Origin: Felis catus
Taxonomy: Eukaryota
Direction: 5' to 3'
Assembly: GCF_018350175.1 (NCBI RefSeq)
Contig: NC_058368.1
Coordinates: 154,940,001-155,004,000, forward strand
Length of the DNA: 64,000 nt
This document shows positions 38,431 to 51,400 of this stretch, piece by piece; the stretch's first letter is position 1, and every line of letters begins with the position of its first letter. The position numbers and the translations under genes were made by a program. Below the pieces are notes generated by a model. That model made no database searches, was not told the DNA's origin, and saw only the letters and a program-made list of their open reading frames with translations.

Positions 38431-38750
38431 TAAAATCTATCCTCAAAACAAAACTTGAGATTAGAAATTATTACTCTCTCTTACACATGTTGAAACTGAA
38501 ACAGAAATTAGTGAAGTAATTCTCCCAAGTTCATATTGTTAGTTCCGGGCCAGGGGTGGTCGTTCTTTGCTTTATGCTTTTGCATATGTATTATAATTCT
38601 AATCCATTTCAGAGAAAAATGCAAATTAGCAACCAAAGAATAAACTAAATCAGAAAAAAGAAAACTCACAGCCAAACTTTCCTCTGGTGTGCTATTTGCC
38701 TAGAAAAACCTGCCACGGTAATGGATTCCAATCGAGTGTATAACTTAGCA

Positions 38751-38753
<3 letters not shown>

Positions 38754-38782
<29 letters not shown>
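38754..38782 (+). repeat. Poly(A) tract (A29), no attached SINE body
   Basis: 29 consecutive A. Confidence 0.95.
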
Positions 38783-38785
<3 letters not shown>

Positions 38786-39369
38786 CTAGCCTGAAAACAG
38801 AACTGACAAATCTTTAGTACATACTTGACATCCTTGTTTTAAGACTTTTTTTTAAACTATGTTTAGTAGCTACAAAATGAGAGTCAATCAAGGTCTAAAG
38901 TTGCTGGGTTCATAATGTGGTAATATTTGGTGGGAAAGAAGTGAATACCTTCTCCTATGATTATCATTCATCATCTAGTAACAAATATCAGGCTGCAACA
39001 TTATAAATATTTCTGTAAAAGAGTAAAAAGAATAACTCTTACAGAAGAGTTAGCAAAATAGGCCAGAGAAAAACAGATTCCGAAAAAAATTGTGTATTTT
39101 TCCATATTAATTGTAAGCAGTACCCTTTCAAGGAACTCTTGGAAATGAAGCAATTTCAGAAGAGATCTAATGTAGTAGAAAGAAAAAAAAAAAACACTGA
39201 GCATGTAAATTACTCGGTGCTGAAATGTGAGTTTGAATCCAAAGTATTTCTACCTATGCTCTGTGTAAGTTGTTTGGTATTTTTCTGAGAAAAAAAAAAA
39301 AAATAATTCTCGTCCAGATTCAAGTGATACGAGGATAATAGCAGCTCAGTTTTTTTTTTTTTTTTTTTT

Positions 39370-39550
39370 ATCGTTTTGAATGTGCTAAGTGATTCACATG
39401 CACTGTTTCATATAATCCTCTCAACCCAGTGAAGGAGTTCCTACCTAATTTTACTGATGAGCAGCTGTCCTGCTTAGAACATAACTAGTAACTAGCAGAA
39501 GAGAGCCCTGGAACCAGGGCTTCTCACCAACACACCTTCTTCTGCATCAT
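39370..39550 (-). mobile_element. MIR fragment
   Basis: 'gtgctaagtgattcacatgcactgtttcatataatcctctcaac...ttttactgatgag' antisense MIR. Confidence 0.6.
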
Positions 39551-39823
39551 GCTACAGTGTTTTATATACGCCCTGAAAGGAGATGAGTGCTTCTGAAACT
39601 GAGATGGTGTCATCCCCTCCAAAAGGTTGTGATTTCTTGAGATCTGGAACTGTGCCATGTTCCTCTCACTAGCCCTGAGTATAGCAACATACCAAATGTG
39701 TGAATGAATACAAGAATGAATGACTGTGTTATTTAAAGTGGCTGAGCATCATCAATCCTATACTGTATATTCTACACAAACCCAGAACTCAAATATGTGC
39801 ATGCTTTGTTACATATTTTGAGA

Positions 39824-40008
39824 GGGGTACCTGGGTGGCTCAGTCGGTTAATGCTCCGACTTCAGCTCAGGTCATAATCTCACAGTTCAGGCCCCATATC
39901 AGGCTCCACGCTGACAGTGTGGAGCCTGCTTGGGATTCTCTCTGTCTCCCTCTCTCTCTGCCCCTGCCCCTCTTTCTCTCAAAATTAATTAATTAATTAA
40001 TTAATTAA
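39824..40008 (+). mobile_element. Feline SINE with (TTAA)n tail
   Basis: SINE consensus; tail converted to AATT repeats. Confidence 0.92.
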
Positions 40009-41161
40009 TCAATCAAATTTGACAAAAACCTTCAAAAGATTTGGGTTTGAACAGTGATTGATAAGGTAATTAAGAAGATTAAAAATTTAATCTAATATAC
40101 CAATGTATTTGTAAAAGATTTGTTAGAAATTATTTTTCTCCTGAGTGGAAATTGAAAGATCTTTCTTTGACTACTTTAGAAAACACTTCTTCATGATATT
40201 GTCCTTTTCCAAATTTTAAAGTGTAAAAAATCTGATTTCTGCTTCTGACTACTTGTATATAGATATGCATACACGTTTACTTTGAAAAGGACTCACAAAG
40301 GGACATTTGATAAAAAAAAGAAAGTGTTGATTAGAGTTTCCTAAATTACAGTTTATGGTCAAAAATAGCACACCTTAGTAGAATTTTGTTTAGCTTCATT
40401 TCCTTGTTTGATTTTTTTTCACTGTTTTTAGAATTGACATTTATTATTTTGAGCTAATAACACCAACATTGCTAGGATAATCTCTGTTTAGAACAGTTAA
40501 CATTTCTGCTACATCCCACATATATGAAACCTTATGCTCCAAATCACAAGGGAACGAGTACAATTCATTATCTTATAAAAACAAAAACAAAAGATAACAA
40601 ACAACACATGTCCTACTATAATGGATTAGAATGGCAAACTTCTTTTTATGGGACAAAAAAAATCTAATCTCCCTCATTATAAATTGTTCTAAGCTTTTCA
40701 AAAAAAAATCCCCTTTTTTTGTATATTGTATTTTGTGAAAACTTCCTTTCCTTCTACACATTTACTTTCCAGTATGATTTCTGGTTTATTCATTTCCTTA
40801 CTTTTCATATTCTATCCTTTCATGTACATTCTCTTTTTCTTTCTATTCATTTTATTGGACTTTGGGCAGGAAGACTCACTTTTCTTTCTCTGGCTCCTTA
40901 CACAGTACATGGCCTATCGTGGATAAGCTTAATATTCATTTCTGCTAAATGTTTAGTCATGCCATCTTTTGTTTCACTATGTAACCCTTCACTCTACAAT
41001 CTGGTATCGACAAAGAAGACAGAAGGTGCCGGGGGTGGGGGGCAGGGTACAGAGAATGTGTGTTCCTTTTTTTCCACCTTTAAGCATTTATCTAGTTTTT
41101 CTAGTAGTAACCTGAGCAGTCAGACACAGAACGACCAGTTAGGTCAAATAGAGGCTTTCGA

Positions 41162-41399
41162 GGGGCGCCTGGGTGGCGCAGTCGGTTAAGCGTCCGACTT
41201 CAGCCAGGTCACGATCTCGCGATCCGTGAGTTCGAGCCCCGCGTCGGGCTCTGGGCTGATGGCTCAGAGCCTGGAGCCTGTTTCCGATTCTGTGTCTCCC
41301 TCTCTCTCTGCCCCTCCCCCGTTCATGCTCTCTCTCTGTCCCAAAAATAAATAAATGTTGAAAAAAAAAAAATTAAAAAAAAAAAAAAAAAAAAAAAAA
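41162..41399 (+). mobile_element. Very young feline SINE (SINEC_Fc type)
   Basis: Near-consensus with intact CpGs, long A tail; perfect TSD CAAATAGAGGCTTTCGA at 41145-41161 and 41400-41416. Confidence 0.98.
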
Positions 41400-41434
41400 C
41401 AAATAGAGGCTTTCGAGAGTTTCTCAAGAGGTGT

Positions 41435-41635
41435 ATTTATTGATTTATTTATTTAGCACGCACTGTACGTGCAAGTGGGGGAGGAGGAGAGGGAGAGAGA
41501 GAGAATTTTAACCAGGCTTCATGCTGGGCATGGATCCCACCACCAACATGGGGCTCGATCCCACAACCCTGGGATCATGACCTGAGCCAAAATCAAGAGT
41601 CAGACACTCAACTGACTCTGCCACCCCAGTGTTCC
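41435..41635 (-). mobile_element. Older carnivore SINE
   Basis: Reverse SINE ('gatcatgacctgagccaaaatcaagagtcagac'). Confidence 0.9.
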
Positions 41636-43449
41636 TGAAGAGGATTTAAAGGAATTTTTTCCCCTCAGTAATTAGCAAGCATAATTTATTCATGGAGGGG
41701 GATACATTAGGATAATCCATAGAGATTCTTGTATTTTGTAGAACTATCAACACATACCGCCTACCCCTTCTTCAGTATTTAATCCAGTATGTTCATCCAC
41801 TACATTGACACAACAGGTTAACAAGAGTTTCTCAGACTTCTTACAGATGGACTTTACACATAGACTGTGAATAAAGATCCATGCCACATCTTTCCCGATA
41901 AATTAGAACATGAGCACTCTCATCATAAAACCCTTCCACGGTTGTCACACCTAGCGTATAGGCTTTGATTCAAGAGATCATCAGATCCGAGTACAGTCTA
42001 ATATATCCATAATCTTGGTACTCCTAGGTAAAGAATTTCATGTTGAGCCAGTTCCAACCCAAGAATAACATAATTACATTTTTTTTTTTAAATTCACTAG
42101 ATTTCAAATTCACTAGATTAAGAATTCTGGACTTTGGTTTCCCCTAGGGGCTCACTCCTCAAAGATCTGAAACAGCTTAGAAAAGACAAAGCTTGGAGGG
42201 AGTGGGGAGGGAGCATTCTCAGCCAACATGATGTCTTTGTGGAGTCATTTGATTCAGTCAGCACAGTAAATAAAAAGAGTGGAATGGAAAACAATTGAGG
42301 CATTTTACCAGCCCCTTAGAGCTTAGCATATGAGGGGTAACTGTTCTGGGAAGGAATTCAAAGGAACCTGAAAAGACTACGATGAGATTTCCATCCTTCT
42401 TACTCTGTTGGTTAAAATGACCATCCGACAGGCTAAGCTTACTGGGGACTCCAGAGAAAAGCGACATCCCATCTACTCTAAGGGTCTCCGGATTTGAATA
42501 TGGCCAAAACCCCAGGCATTAAAACTGCAATGTGATGAGCGAATTGCGAAAGAATGATTCCCATTTTAGCAGCTTTATAAAAGAGCATAAAATGTTGTTG
42601 TAAGGAAAACATCCTGGTTGGCTGGCTGGCTGGCTGGCTGATTCCTTTCCAGACTCTCCCTGTAAGATACTATTCACCAGACTAGAAAAGATATAAAACT
42701 GTGAAATGAGCTTATCAGAGTGAACCAATAAATGACCCAGCAAAGGACCTAGCAGAACATAATGCTGGAAATCAGTTCTACCAAAAAAGGAGATAGTAGA
42801 GTAGACTTCATTTGAACATCTCTGATTAGAACTGTAGTATTAGCGGAACCACAGGAAGCAATGACACATCAGACTTTGGTACAAGAGAACAATGGTATAT
42901 GAATGACAGGGGTTTGCTTGCTCCAATCAGTCTATGCCTTAATGCAGCCAACACTTACTATGTGCCTTGTATGTGTAACACTGACAGGACACACTTTTCA
43001 ATTTGCTGTGTTCAAGCAAAGCAACTAGCTGTAACATACTCTAAAAGACAGTATTAGTGAGTAATTGAACAAGAAAAAAGCTAATGGCATTTTAGAGTGG
43101 GGAGAGATCATTTCCATCAAAAATCTTCAGAGAAGGACTCATGAATGAAGCAGAATCTGAGCTGGTCTTGACACGGGGATAGACACAAAGAATGAGGAAA
43201 TGCATTAAAGATGGCCCAGATGTGGTAATGACAAAGAGAAAACTGGAAAAGCAGGAACACATAAAGCATACTTACAGTGTGTATGTGTGTGTGTGAGAGC
43301 ATGGTGAGGATGTATACAATGACATATTCATACATAGACACATATACACACATGTTGAGTTGGGTAGATGTAAGTAGATGGACAGGTCTGTCTATCTATC
43401 AGCTATCTATCTATGCCTTCTCTTTTTGTTTCTATTGTATTTCCCTTCT

Positions 43450-43640
43450 CTTGGCTGCAGCACCACTTGCTGGCTTTGTGACCTTGGATTAGTCATTTAC
43501 CTTCTCCTGATTTCCATTCTCTTAAATGCAACATGGAAATCATCACTGTCCTTAACTTATTCAATTGTTACATGAATGAAAATTAATGTTAATAGGCTTG
43601 ACATAGAGATTAGACCATTGTAAGCACTCAAAATATATTT
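43450..43640 (+). mobile_element. MIR fragment
   Basis: 'ccacttgctggctttgtgaccttggattagtcatttacct' and 3' 'gtaagcactcaaaata'. Confidence 0.65.
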
Positions 43641-44943
43641 GCTGATATTACTATTTTTATTGCCATCTCTGACCTCCCAATGTCATATATCCAGTTAGTG
43701 ACCCCAAATGTAAATACTAAAAAAAACACGTATCTAAACCAAAATACCTAATCATCATGCCTTGTGAGTTCTACTCCTAGTAACTTATATATCTACATTA
43801 CAACAATTTGTTTTCTCTAGGTATAAAGTACCATTGTGCCTGCTTACATCCTAGGGAAAAAAAATCTATTAACATCCACACACTCTAGAGGGTTAAGGCT
43901 AAGTTAAATGATTATTCCTTTCCCCAGCTTCTTGGATTACCAAAAAAGATAGCCATATAAGATTACTTCGCCTTTTCTGACTTTAAAAAGTTGCCTGCTT
44001 GCTACCTTTTTTTATCTGAAGCCTGTAGGCAGATTCTAATTTGGCCCTGCAAAAAAATCTGTTTGGCCCTGGGCTGAGGGAAGATGTTAATTTTCATGAC
44101 TGTTTTAGAACACATCAAAATTCAGTATGCATTTTTTCAGGATTTCAAAGCAATATGCTTAAAACATGCAATTTAGAACTAGAACATATAGAGCATTTAA
44201 AAATATTCAGGTTTTACCAAGAATCCATCCGGTCTATTATTGCAATAAGTAGGATACAAAGATATCTTTATCTGGTTGTGAATGAAACTCTATCTACTTA
44301 GAAAAAAGTTCGAAATAAAATTTTAGCTCTTTTAATTCTACAGAGGTTTTCTAGCTTTGACAGTAGAAATTTGGTGTAGTTGAAAAGAGATTATAAAATT
44401 GAATATTCATTAAGCATTTCTCAAAAATAATTTTAAAAGAAAATGGTTTCTAGTCTTTAATATTTATCTTTACTATATCTTAAGTAACACTCTTAGCTTA
44501 GTCAACAAGTGCAACAAAAAATGAGTGAGAATCTGACTTGTTCCACCATGAAGGTCTGTTAAGATAGGCATGTTGAACATTTCCATGAGCTTCGTCCATA
44601 GCATTTGGGCCCCCTTATGTCAAGCAGTTGTGACTCCTTCCTGAGACCAGGGGGTAAGAACTTCTAAAAACAGTCCAAAAGAAATGAATTTGTAGTTCGC
44701 CAGCGCATATACACCAGAATGCACTTCTAATCAGCCTTAATAAATGTGTTCCTTTCGCGTTTGCATTGTCCTGTCCTTCAAGAATGCCAGAAGTTAAAGG
44801 CTGAATGAAAACATGTTTACAGATGTTAAGGTTTTTTAGCTGAACCAAATTAATGTCAATGAAATGCATTCAGTTTCTTTCTGTTCCTCCCACCCAAAGT
44901 CTACATATTTCTAGTATCAAAATGAGATCAAGAATGAAATAAT

Positions 44944-45152
44944 GGGGCGCCTGGGTGGTTCAGTCGGTAGAGCATCCGACATCTGCTCAGGTCATGATCT
45001 CGTGGTTTGTGGGTTTGAGCCCCGCATAGGGCTCTGTGCTGACAGCTCAGAGCCTGGAGCCTGCTTCAGATTCTGTGTGTGTCTCTCTCTGCCCCTCCTC
45101 CACTCATGTTCTGTCTCTCTCTCCTTCAGAAATAAACATTAAAAAAAAAAAA
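44944..45152 (+). mobile_element. Feline SINE
   Basis: SINE consensus; TSD AAGAATGAAATAAT at 44930-44943 and 45153-45166. Confidence 0.96.
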
Positions 45153-45464
45153 AAGAATGAAATAATGAACAGCCTCATACACATGTAAAAACTTCAGAGT
45201 CCAGTTTTAAAGAATGCAATTATAATTTAATTATAACTTTTAGGGCCACTTTCTTAGGTGAAAACTAGCTGCTAAGGGTTTTGTGTTCACTCAAAGATGG
45301 GGACTTCGAAATCCACCTTAATGTTGTTTCTGAAATAAATCAACAACTTAGCAGCCTTTCAGAGACAACTAGGTTTTCTATTGTGTATTTTTTGCAAGAA
45401 ACTCAGTCTTTATTGAAGCACATTGTTACTTCCTGGAAATAGATGGTCTCTGATCTCAAAGGTT

Positions 45465-45670
45465 AACATTACTTGAGAGTCTACTGTATGTCAGTCTCTG
45501 TGCTAAGAGCGTCACACATATCATCTCATTTAATCTTACAATGACCTTTAAAATGAAACCTCCATTTTACCAAGAAGGAAGCTGAGGCTCAGGGAATAAG
45601 TAGTCCAGCAAATCACAGGTAGGCACAAAGCTGAGATCTGAACACAGGCAGTCCAACCCCCTTGAGTCCA
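45465..45670 (-). mobile_element. MIR element
   Basis: 'tcatctcatttaatcttacaa...ccattttaccaagaaggaagctgaggctcag' antisense MIR. Confidence 0.75.
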
Positions 45671-45758
45671 ACAAGGTAGCTAACTAACTACCTTGCTATG
45701 TCTGGTGAAAGTATAAAAAATCCAGATTATAAAATGCACTAAGCATCACAGGGGCTAA

Positions 45759-45761
<3 letters not shown>

Positions 45762-45811
<50 letters not shown>
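45762..45811. repeat. (TA)25 microsatellite
   Basis: Direct observation. Confidence 0.95.
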
Positions 45812-45812
<1 letters not shown>

Positions 45813-47864
45813 CACGTGGGATTATTGTTTCAAAATTTAAAAAAATAACTAGACAAATGGCAAGAGATCCTTGCATGCATGTTCTCACGACGCAGGTCTA
45901 TCAGATTCTATTTCAGTAAATTCCAACAAAGCTCAGCTGAATTGTTTCACTGAACTTCACTATAACATTTTTACAAACCACAGTTTCTGATCAATGATGC
46001 CTTGGCTGTGGAACTGAGCACATGGTAATACTTATCCCTCTATACTTTGAAATCCAGCTCTCTGTTTACCGAGCATAAAGGCAAATGCCAGTTAAACTAC
46101 TCTTAGTTCCATCTTTCTGATGTTCAAGTGCAGGAACAATTATCTCCATCAATATTTAATGGCCTAATCCTAAACAGACAGAGCCACAGTGTAGGCAATC
46201 GTCCTGTTAACATGCTGTTGATTTTCAAGCATAGAGGCAGAAATGGACTATACAGTTACTGAAAATGCACAGCAGTACATTTCCCTAAGGTAAAATTCTC
46301 TTCACATTCTCTGGTCTACCTCCATTGATAATAAGGGAATTAGAAACATTTCAGAGTTGTGTTCAGTGGGTTAAGCTTGCTCACTCTTTAAAATTCATGG
46401 AGAGAAGGAAGCTTTCCCAGTTTTCCAGTTTTTTGAATAACAAGGTTTGCAACTCCCCTATTCAAACCACGTATCTCATGATCTCGCCGACCTGCAGCTT
46501 TATTTTCTTTGGTTTGGGTTTTTTCTTTTTAATTTCATGTTTTAAATAGCGATTATTACATAACAAGAGTCATTGCCTAGATACTTGAAATTCAGACCAC
46601 TGGGCTTTAATTAGAAATATTTCTATAAAATGTGGGATATGAGTGCCAATATAACACAAATCGTAAGAAATGTTAATGCAAATAATTTTTACAGTTTCAA
46701 CGTGGATAGAGAGTACTTCAGTTGCCTAAGTAATTTCATTGAGAAGATCAAGTGTTGACTGTATTATTAGTTCTCTTTCTCTTCGTATGCTTATAAAAAG
46801 ATTGAATACTGGGGTAGAAGGATGTAGGAGGCGAACTGCCATGTAAAACCATTCTTTGGGAAAAAATGATTTAGAGAAAATGTGGGCAGAGAAATCATGT
46901 AAAGATTCAAAGAGCAAGAGTAAAAGCAGAAGAAACAAAGGATCTTTATCTGTTTATTAATAGGCTTAAATACATTCCTGGCAGCTGTACTTGAGAATAA
47001 AGTCTGTATTATCTTCCCTGTGACTTCAAATTTGACCTTAAAATTTATCTAACCTCCTCTACATCTGATACAATTGGTTTTTAAAACCAACTTCGTTATG
47101 ATTTTTTTTACTGAATAGAAAATTCCAGCAAGTTTCCCTCTCAAAGGTGATGTACTACTTAGAATACTTTCAAAACACTTCCATTATTCCTTCTCCCTTT
47201 TTTGTATTTCATGACCATCCTGATTTTCAAGTGATAAATAAATATCAAATATTTTCTCAATATTAAAGAATAAAGCTCACATACATTTCTCCTAAGCATA
47301 AAGTCAAAAAATATCAAATTTGTCAATGTTGTCCAACTGGAGTAAAAGCAAGAAAGTTTCATCAGTTTGGAAATCTGGTGGACTTGGATGGATACGATAC
47401 TCATGAACACAGATACTTACTTTTTGCAGATTTGAGAGGAAGGGACTTCATGTCTTTATACAGTTCTCTAGTTCTTGTAACAAAAAGTGCAGAACGTCCT
47501 TGTTAAGACTACTTCATACTCCTTTGCCAAATACAGTTCTTAAGTACTATGTTTATATAACCATCTGCCATGTTTACATAGCAGAACTCAAAGGCAAAAA
47601 TCTTTCATTTGTCAGAAGTGTGGCCATGCCCATAAGCCTATCTAGTATATAAATTATTTTGGAGTAAATTAGAATCTTTCTCCATTAATGTTCATTAACT
47701 TAAAAGCAGGGTCAGGACTAATGCATAGTGGAGGAGTGGATGATTTTGTCTTTAAAACCTTGTCTCCTTCCCGTTGCCTGCCATCGAGAATCTAGTGACT
47801 GCTAACTTCCTGGTATTTTTCATTCTATACCACACCTAGACAATGTTTCTGCCCACCTCCCTCC

Positions 47865-48400
47865 CTTCATTCATTCAACAAATATTTACTGAGCACGTAC
47901 CATGTATCATCAGGCAGTGTTCCAGGTAGGCCGTGGAGCTGTCCATGAACCAAAGAGAGATCTCTGGCCCCGTGCAGTTTACATTCTAAGAAAAGAAATA
48001 GAAAATAAATAATAAATATAATAAATGCATGAATTATATAGGATGGTAGCAGATAATAAGCCCGGTAAAGAGGATGAGGATTGTAGAGCTGAGAGAGTAT
48101 AGAGAGAGGACTGTACTTTAAATAGAGACGCCAAGATGGGCCTCATTGAGAAAGCAACTTCTGCGTAAAGAAGTCAGCCATGTGGAAGTATAAAGGAGAG
48201 CTTCAAGGAGGAAAAGGCCAATGCCCAAAGGCTCTAAGTTCAGAGTATGCTTGATATGTTGGAAGAACCACAAGGAAGCCACTGTGACTGAAAGAGACTG
48301 AACAAGGAGAGGAATAGGGACAGAAGTGAGGTGGGAGGGGGGGGACAGGCTTAAGGGAGGAGCTGGGCATCCTGGTATGCTGGGGGGAAGCTTTGGCTTT
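47865..48400 (-). mobile_element. L2 3' fragment
   Basis: 'ttcattcattcaacaaatatttactgagcacgtacc' antisense L2 terminus followed by purine-rich L2 body. Confidence 0.75.
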
Positions 48401-48499
48401 TAATCTGTCTTAAGTCCCCTTCCACAAATTCTGTGCTTTGTTAAGATGCAGAGGTGACTAGATTGGTGATGTATTTATTTACTCGTTCATTTAATTATT

Positions 48500-49090
48500 T
48501 ATTTATTCATTCATTCAACAATGAATGAATTTATGGAGGGTATAATAGGTAATAGGCCTCATGATAGGCCGCAAGGCTAAAACAGTAGCAAATAGAGACA
48601 TCATCCCTGTCCTCAGGGGGTTTATGATCTAATGAGAAAGACAGATAGTCATCTGATAATCACAGGAGAAGTGCTGTGAAGACAAATGAAGCCGAGGTGC
48701 CCCATGCCACAGGAGTCCGGAATAGGAAAATGTGACTTAGTTATGAAGGTCACGGAAGATTGCCCTGAGAAAAAAGCAATTAAGTGGCAAGTGAAAGATA
48801 AATAGGCATTAACTAGGCAGCCTAGAGAAAAGTGCTTAGGGGAATGGCAAGCGGCAGGCAGAAGCAAGGTGATGGTGGGAGACTAAAAGAAGGTAGAGCG
48901 GTTGGAGTGTGAGAGCTGGAGAAGTAGAGTGGGGTGAGTCTGAAGAGGTGGGTTTGAATGTACTAGGGCTCAAAGACCATAATAAGCAGTTTGTCTTTAT
49001 CCTAAGCCCCTTGGGACGCCACTAAAAGATTTTAAGTAAGGTGGTGACCTGATTGGATTTAAGTTTTAAAGATCACTAATCCATATTGAA
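48500..49090 (-). mobile_element. L2 3' fragment
   Basis: Second antisense L2 terminus and body ('gtctttatcctaag...gccactaaaagattttaag'). Confidence 0.7.
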
Positions 49091-50434
49091 TATGTATTAA
49101 TGAGTTTATGTGTCTATCCTCTAGGTAATTTGTTTGCATTTTAAAAGGAGCCTTGTAAAGGTAATCCTGAACCCAAGCAGATCCTAGTGGGAATTTTAAA
49201 GATTGCAGCAAGCTGATGAGAAAAAACAAGTTGGGTAGGGAAATTATTGAGCAGCCCATCAATTAAGTCAGAGAAGGAAGTCAGATTCTATGTATTAAGC
49301 CTGTAAAATATGGCTCTCGTTAAACTATTAAGATGTCAGTGAAGAACAAAACATTGGTTTTGTGTGAATACTAAATCACTTTCATTTCTTTGATAAGCAT
49401 TTTGAGGCCTAGCAATGTTAAATGACTTTCCCAAGGTCACAGAGAAATTTCATAGCAGATCATCCAGTGTAAATTGCTTCCAAACAAAGGAGAATGGGCA
49501 AATTAATTTAACACTCAAACTAGAAGGTGTGGACATCTTAATGACTCCTAACTCTTTTGTTTTTACTTCTAAAACATTATGGAATACTTATGTCCATACA
49601 GCCTTAAAAATCCTGCTGTTCTCTGGGCACAGTTCATAAATCCCAGTCAAGAGCCTCATCTGCAATATCTTCCTCACGGTTGTGTATTGAGTCTTCTCAA
49701 ATTAGTCCTCAGAGGGAAGGCTGTTTGGCTAGTACCTTTCCTCCCAATCGTCAGTTCCCACTATTACCACTGCCACACGTATTAAATGCAGTCAACAAAT
49801 ATTTATAGAACATCAGCTATATAACAGACAGCCTGATAAAATACAAACATTTAAAAAATCTATTTTTCAAAAATTCAGTATAGTGAGGGCAATTGGCAAG
49901 TAAATGAATAGCCACAATTACACTGCCGTTGCTCTTGAAAGTTGGACACAGGATGATGTGGAACAAAACAAATGTCACACCTACCCCACCACAGATGGAG
50001 GAGGCTTCACAGAAATGACATAAGTGGCCAGTTTTGAGGGATATGTTAAAATCTACCTCTAGATTGAGCAAAATAAGAAGTGTGTTTGTTGTTTCTTTAT
50101 TTGTTTTAGATTACATGGAATTGACAATACCTTAAATTAATATTACTTAGCTGTCTTCTGGTATGATGTTATCAGCCTATACTGAGGGACCCAGTATGAA
50201 ACATTAAAGTGACACTCATCACTGTTCATATAGGACCTCAGCCTGAGATTAACATACGGTCCCTTTGCGAAGGCACATCTGGTACCAACGTGAATAGCAA
50301 TCGAAATTTCTCAGAGCTCCTAGTGGTTTTTTCTCCATTAGGGATCTTGCAAATTGTGTAAGTGAACAAATTTCCTTTTTCCCATTAGAAAACCTGGGGC
50401 CAGATTTCAACCTAAATACTTTAGGCTTTATTAT

Positions 50435-50650
50435 TTTTTTTTTTAGTTTATTTATTGATTTCGAGAGAGACAGTGAGCAGGGGAAGGGCAGAGAGAGAAG
50501 AAGAGAGAGAGAGAAAAAGAGAATCCCAAGCAGGCCCCATGCCATCAGCCTAGAGCCTGACATGGGGCTCAAACCCACAAACCATAAGATCATGACCTGA
50601 GCCACAACCAAGCGTTGGACGCTCAACTGACTGAGCCACCCAGGCCTCCC
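50435..50650 (-). mobile_element. Carnivore/feline SINE
   Basis: Reverse SINE consensus. Confidence 0.92.
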
Positions 50651-50659
50651 TATTATTAC

Positions 50660-51400
50660 TTTTATTTATTGCATGAGTCTATGTATTTCAACACATGTGT
50701 AGACCATCACAATCAGATCCAAAACAGTTTCATCATCCTCAAAAGAATCACATCCTTCCTCTACAACAACACTGGCAACCTCTGCAGTTCTTGCTATATT
50801 TCTCTTCTCTAAACTGTCATATAAATGGATTCAGATAGTAAGTAGGCTTTGAAGACTAGCTTCTTTCACTCAGCATAATATCATTTATGAGACTCATCTC
50901 AGTCGCGGTATGTATCAGTAGTGTGTTCCTTTTCGTGGTTCAGTACTATTTCACGGCTTGGGGACACCATAGTTTGTACACTCACCCATTAGAAGGCTTT
51001 GGGTTTGTGGTTGTTGTTGTTTGTTTTTTGTTTTTCCAGTTTGTGACAGTAATGTTCAGAACTGCTATCAACACTCATCTATAGACACTATGTCAATAGA
51101 AGGTTTCGTTCCTAGAGCTAAAAATCAGGAATTATATTGCTAATTCATATGGTAGGTGTATGTTTCCCTTTATAAGAAACCACCAAACAGTTTTCCAGAG
51201 TGGATGTATCATTTTGCATTCCCGCACGCAACGTGTGACAGTTCCATTTGCTTCAGTCCTGTTAGCACTTGGTATTGTCAATATTTTTATTTAAGCCATT
51301 CTAACAGATGTGCGGTATTATTTCACTAAGGTTTTAATTTCCTTAGAACTAAGAATATTGTACATCTTTTCACGTATCTATTTTCTTTGGTCACTTTAAT
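50660..51400 (-). mobile_element. Ancient L1M 3' fragment (late ORF2 and 3' UTR)
   Basis: 'ccaaacagttttccagagtggatgtatcattttgcattccc' and 'tttcactcagcataat' are antisense L1 3' motifs. Confidence 0.8.

Noticed and set aside
40719..41189. 156-aa ORF
   Set aside because: Low-complexity T-rich translation ending inside a SINE; no homology recognised.
42091..42119. Short tandem duplication AAATTCACTAGATT (similar ones at 8643-8672, 21159-21191, 33126-33151)
   Set aside because: Ordinary slippage micro-duplications with no sign of function.
42532..42641. C/D-box snoRNA-like GTGATGA...CTGA
   Set aside because: No convincing terminal stem or guide; the D box falls at the end of a (GGCT)n repeat.
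47414..47500. Minus-strand donor AAA|GTAAGT after MKSLPLKSAK
   Set aside because: Isolated site with no good acceptor or promoter evidence, and the peptide is unrecognised.
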